From: a virus
IMG/VR virus record: IMGVR_UViG_3300033977_000049
Location: 23,975-87,974 of that record
Direction: 5' to 3' (one strand)
DNA: 64,000 nt
Shown here: positions 62,350 to 64,000 of the stretch, one piece after another
Numbering within the stretch: position 1 is the first letter of the stretch
Layout of the letters: the number at the start of each line of letters is the position of its first letter
The notes under the pieces: model-generated
Databases searched by the model: none
What the model saw: only the letters and a program-made list of their open reading frames with translations
What the model was told of the DNA's origin: nothing
Translations under genes and position numbers: made by a program

Positions 62350-63099
62350 ATGTGCAACTTTGCTTCAGGAATACTCACAAAAGACAAAGAATTTTGGTGC
62401 GATACATCTGATTCGCACGAGGATATTATACAAAAACACGGCCTGCACGAAGATGGGGCGCAAGGCCCCAATCTGCTGAAATACGAACTTCTCCCTCCGG
62501 TAAATGGCGAAAACCTTTTCAGCCTTGCTGAATGGGAATTCAAGATCGACCAGGATATTAAGCCGGAATGGGTGAAGGGGAATGAAGAAGAAAGAGCGCG
62601 AGCGGCGTTCTTACGAAGATTCCCTGATTTTGGCAAGCGCAAGCTGAGCGCGGATGGGAGCCTTAATTTGAGTAGCCTGACTACACTGCCCGCCGATGCC
62701 AAGCTGAGCGTGGGTGGGGACCTTTATTTGCGCAACCTGACCTCACTGCCTGCTAATGCCAAGCTGAGCGCGGGTGGGAACCTTGATTTGCGCAACCTGA
62801 CTAAGCTCCCTGCTAATGCCAAGCTGAGCGTGGGTGGGAGCCTTGATTTGAGCGGCCTGACTACGCTCCCTGCTAATGCCAAGCTGAGCGTGGGTGGATA
62901 CCTTGATTTGCGCAACCTGACTAAGCTCCCTGCTAATGCCAAGCTGAGCGCGGGCGGGGGCCTTAATTTGAGTAGCCTGACTACGCTGCCTGCTGATGCC
63001 AAGCTGAGCGCGGGTGGGAACCTTTATCTTATCAATGCCTTACAAGGTAAGGAATTGCCCGCAGGTATTACCATTAAAGGCAGGGTTATATATTATTAG
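62350..63099 (+). CDS. Leucine-rich-repeat protein
   Basis: GGAGG then MCNFASG; 20-aa KLS(A/V)GGxLxLxxLTxLPAxA repeats. Confidence 0.85.
   Translation: MCNFASGILTKDKEFWCDTSDSHEDIIQKHGLHEDGAQGPNLLKYELLPPVNGENLFSLAEWEFKIDQDIKPEWVKGNEEERARAAFLRRFPDFGKRKLSADGSLNLSSLTTLPADAKLSVGGDLYLRNLTSLPANAKLSAGGNLDLRNLTKLPANAKLSVGGSLDLSGLTTLPANAKLSVGGYLDLRNLTKLPANAKLSAGGGLNLSSLTTLPADAKLSAGGNLYLINALQGKELPAGITIKGRVIYY
62641..63030 (+). repeat. 60-bp tandem repeat, six full copies plus one partial
   Basis: Units begin aagctgagcg every 60 nt from 62641 to 63001. Confidence 0.95.
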
Positions 63100-63226
63100 C
63101 CGGGCCTTTCCCGGCAAATAGGATAGAAGCCCAGGCTGCAAAGCTGGCAAAGGTTCGACCTGCTCAATAGTGCCCCACCTATCCATAAAGCGGAAGGGCG
63201 AGAGGATTGAGAAAAGGATTAACATG
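63099..63226 (+). repeat. Structured leader repeat, copy 2
   Basis: Near-identical to 60860-60987. Confidence 0.9.
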
Positions 63227-63418
63227 CAAAAACCTCAAATCGAATTGCGAAGCAAACTTTATCTTTTACCGGGCATTATTGGCCTGCAAGATGCGTTTAT
63301 GGCCAATCCCCGCATGTCGCCTAATGAATATCTTATGGCCGAAATAGCCTGGAGGGAGTTTATAAACGAAAAGCGCGGGGAATTTCTTTTGCGATTAACC
63401 CGGCCTTATCCGAATTAG
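63224..63418 (+). CDS. Hypothetical protein (64 aa)
   Basis: Start MQKPQ directly after the leader repeat. Confidence 0.6.
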   Translation: MQKPQIELRSKLYLLPGIIGLQDAFMANPRMSPNEYLMAEIAWREFINEKRGEFLLRLTRPYPN

Positions 63419-63445
63419 GTTCAAAGTACTAGTACTTTAGTGCTG

Positions 63446-63474
63446 TTGACATTTTCTTGCAAACAAGATATAAG
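63446..63474 (+). promoter_or_regulatory. Sigma70-type promoter
   Basis: TTGACA-17 nt-TATAAG, preceded by perfect palindrome AAAGTACTAGTACTTT (63423-63438). Confidence 0.7.
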
Positions 63475-63612
63475 GATACTTGATCTTGTGCAAGCTAGGC
63501 GAATAGATAAGGGCTGCCTTTATGCAGCTACGGTTATTTACCTAGAATCAGGTGGGTGTGTAAAGGGCTGCCTATTTGCGGCCACGACCACCCACCAAAA
63601 AGTTTTAGTTAT

Positions 63613-63695
63613 CGCGGGAGAGTGGACACGGATATATAAACCACGCCAGCCCCATAAGCTGGAAATAGCCAGTTCGACTCTGGTTCCCGCAACCA
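63613..63695 (+). tRNA. Atypical tRNA-Met(CAT), initiator-like acceptor stem
   Basis: CGCGGGA/TCCCGCA-ACCA; D stem GTGG/CCAC; anticodon arm CCAGC-CCCATAA-GCTGG; T arm GCCAG-TTCGACT-CTGGT. Confidence 0.8.
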
Positions 63696-63881
63696 ATTTT
63701 AATCCGCTGGCCTTATGGCGGCTCTAAGGACTAACAGCGACTTCACCCTACCTCTGCCTTAGTGGTTTATGACAGCGGATTTTCCCAAAGCGTGTTATAG
63801 TTTCGAGGTTAGCATTGCTCGTGCCCATCAGGATATCCCACTGATGGGCGTTATGGAATGCTAATCTAATTTGGAGGAATC

Positions 63882-64000
63882 ATGTGCAATTTTGCTTCAG
63901 GAATACTCACAAAAGACAAAGAATTTTGGTGCGATACATCTGATTCGCACGAGGATATTATACAAGAACATGGCTTGCACGAAGATGGCGTGCAAGGTCC
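63882..64000 (+). CDS. Paralog of 62350 LRR gene, truncated by window edge
   Basis: MCNFASGILTKDKEFWCDTSDSHEDIIQEHGLHEDGVQG; DNA near-identical to 62350-62468. Confidence 0.85.
   Translation, partial: MCNFASGILTKDKEFWCDTSDSHEDIIQEHGLHEDGVQG

Noticed and set aside
62641-63030. 60-bp repeats as a CRISPR array
   Set aside because: No unique spacers; in-frame coding LRR units.
60491-63864. Hairpin family as integron attC sites
   Set aside because: Lack RYYYAAC/GTTRRRY ends and no integrase is in the window; kept only as an unclassified motif.
1-64000. Alternative genetic code, or a specific host assignment
   Set aside because: Genes tile well with the standard code; sigma54/IHF-like signals are too general to name a host.

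Overview
The window is part of a tailed dsDNA phage genome, probably podovirus-like since no tape measure or sheath gene is visible. About 1-59.3 kb reads on the minus strand. It holds many small accessory genes, a sugar-modification cluster (GHMP/heptose kinase, NDP-sugar epimerase, GT31/GT11-like transferases, HAD-like protein), terminase, portal and scaffold. The major capsid gene is split by a group I intron carrying a LAGLIDADG nuclease. Further left are three paralogous adaptor/ring proteins, a tail nozzle, collagen-like fibres interleaved with four more glycosyltransferase genes, ejection proteins, and a giant virion-type protein running off the left edge. From about 59.5 kb a divergent plus-strand region starts at a sigma54-type promoter. 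It is dense with recurring structured-RNA modules: a duplicated double-pseudoknot leader, a four-copy covarying hairpin, long flanking stems and an atypical tRNA-Met. It also carries an ART-like gene, a DUF932-like gene and duplicated LRR genes. The strongest unexplained signals are (i) a palindrome TCCG-nWWWn-CGGA found 13 times across the window, one copy at the enhancer position of the sigma54 promoter, (ii) the RNA-module architecture of the plus-strand region, and (iii) an apparent virion glycosylation system paired with a Gly-Tyr-Thr collagen. All family calls are by-eye motif recognition; no searches were run.
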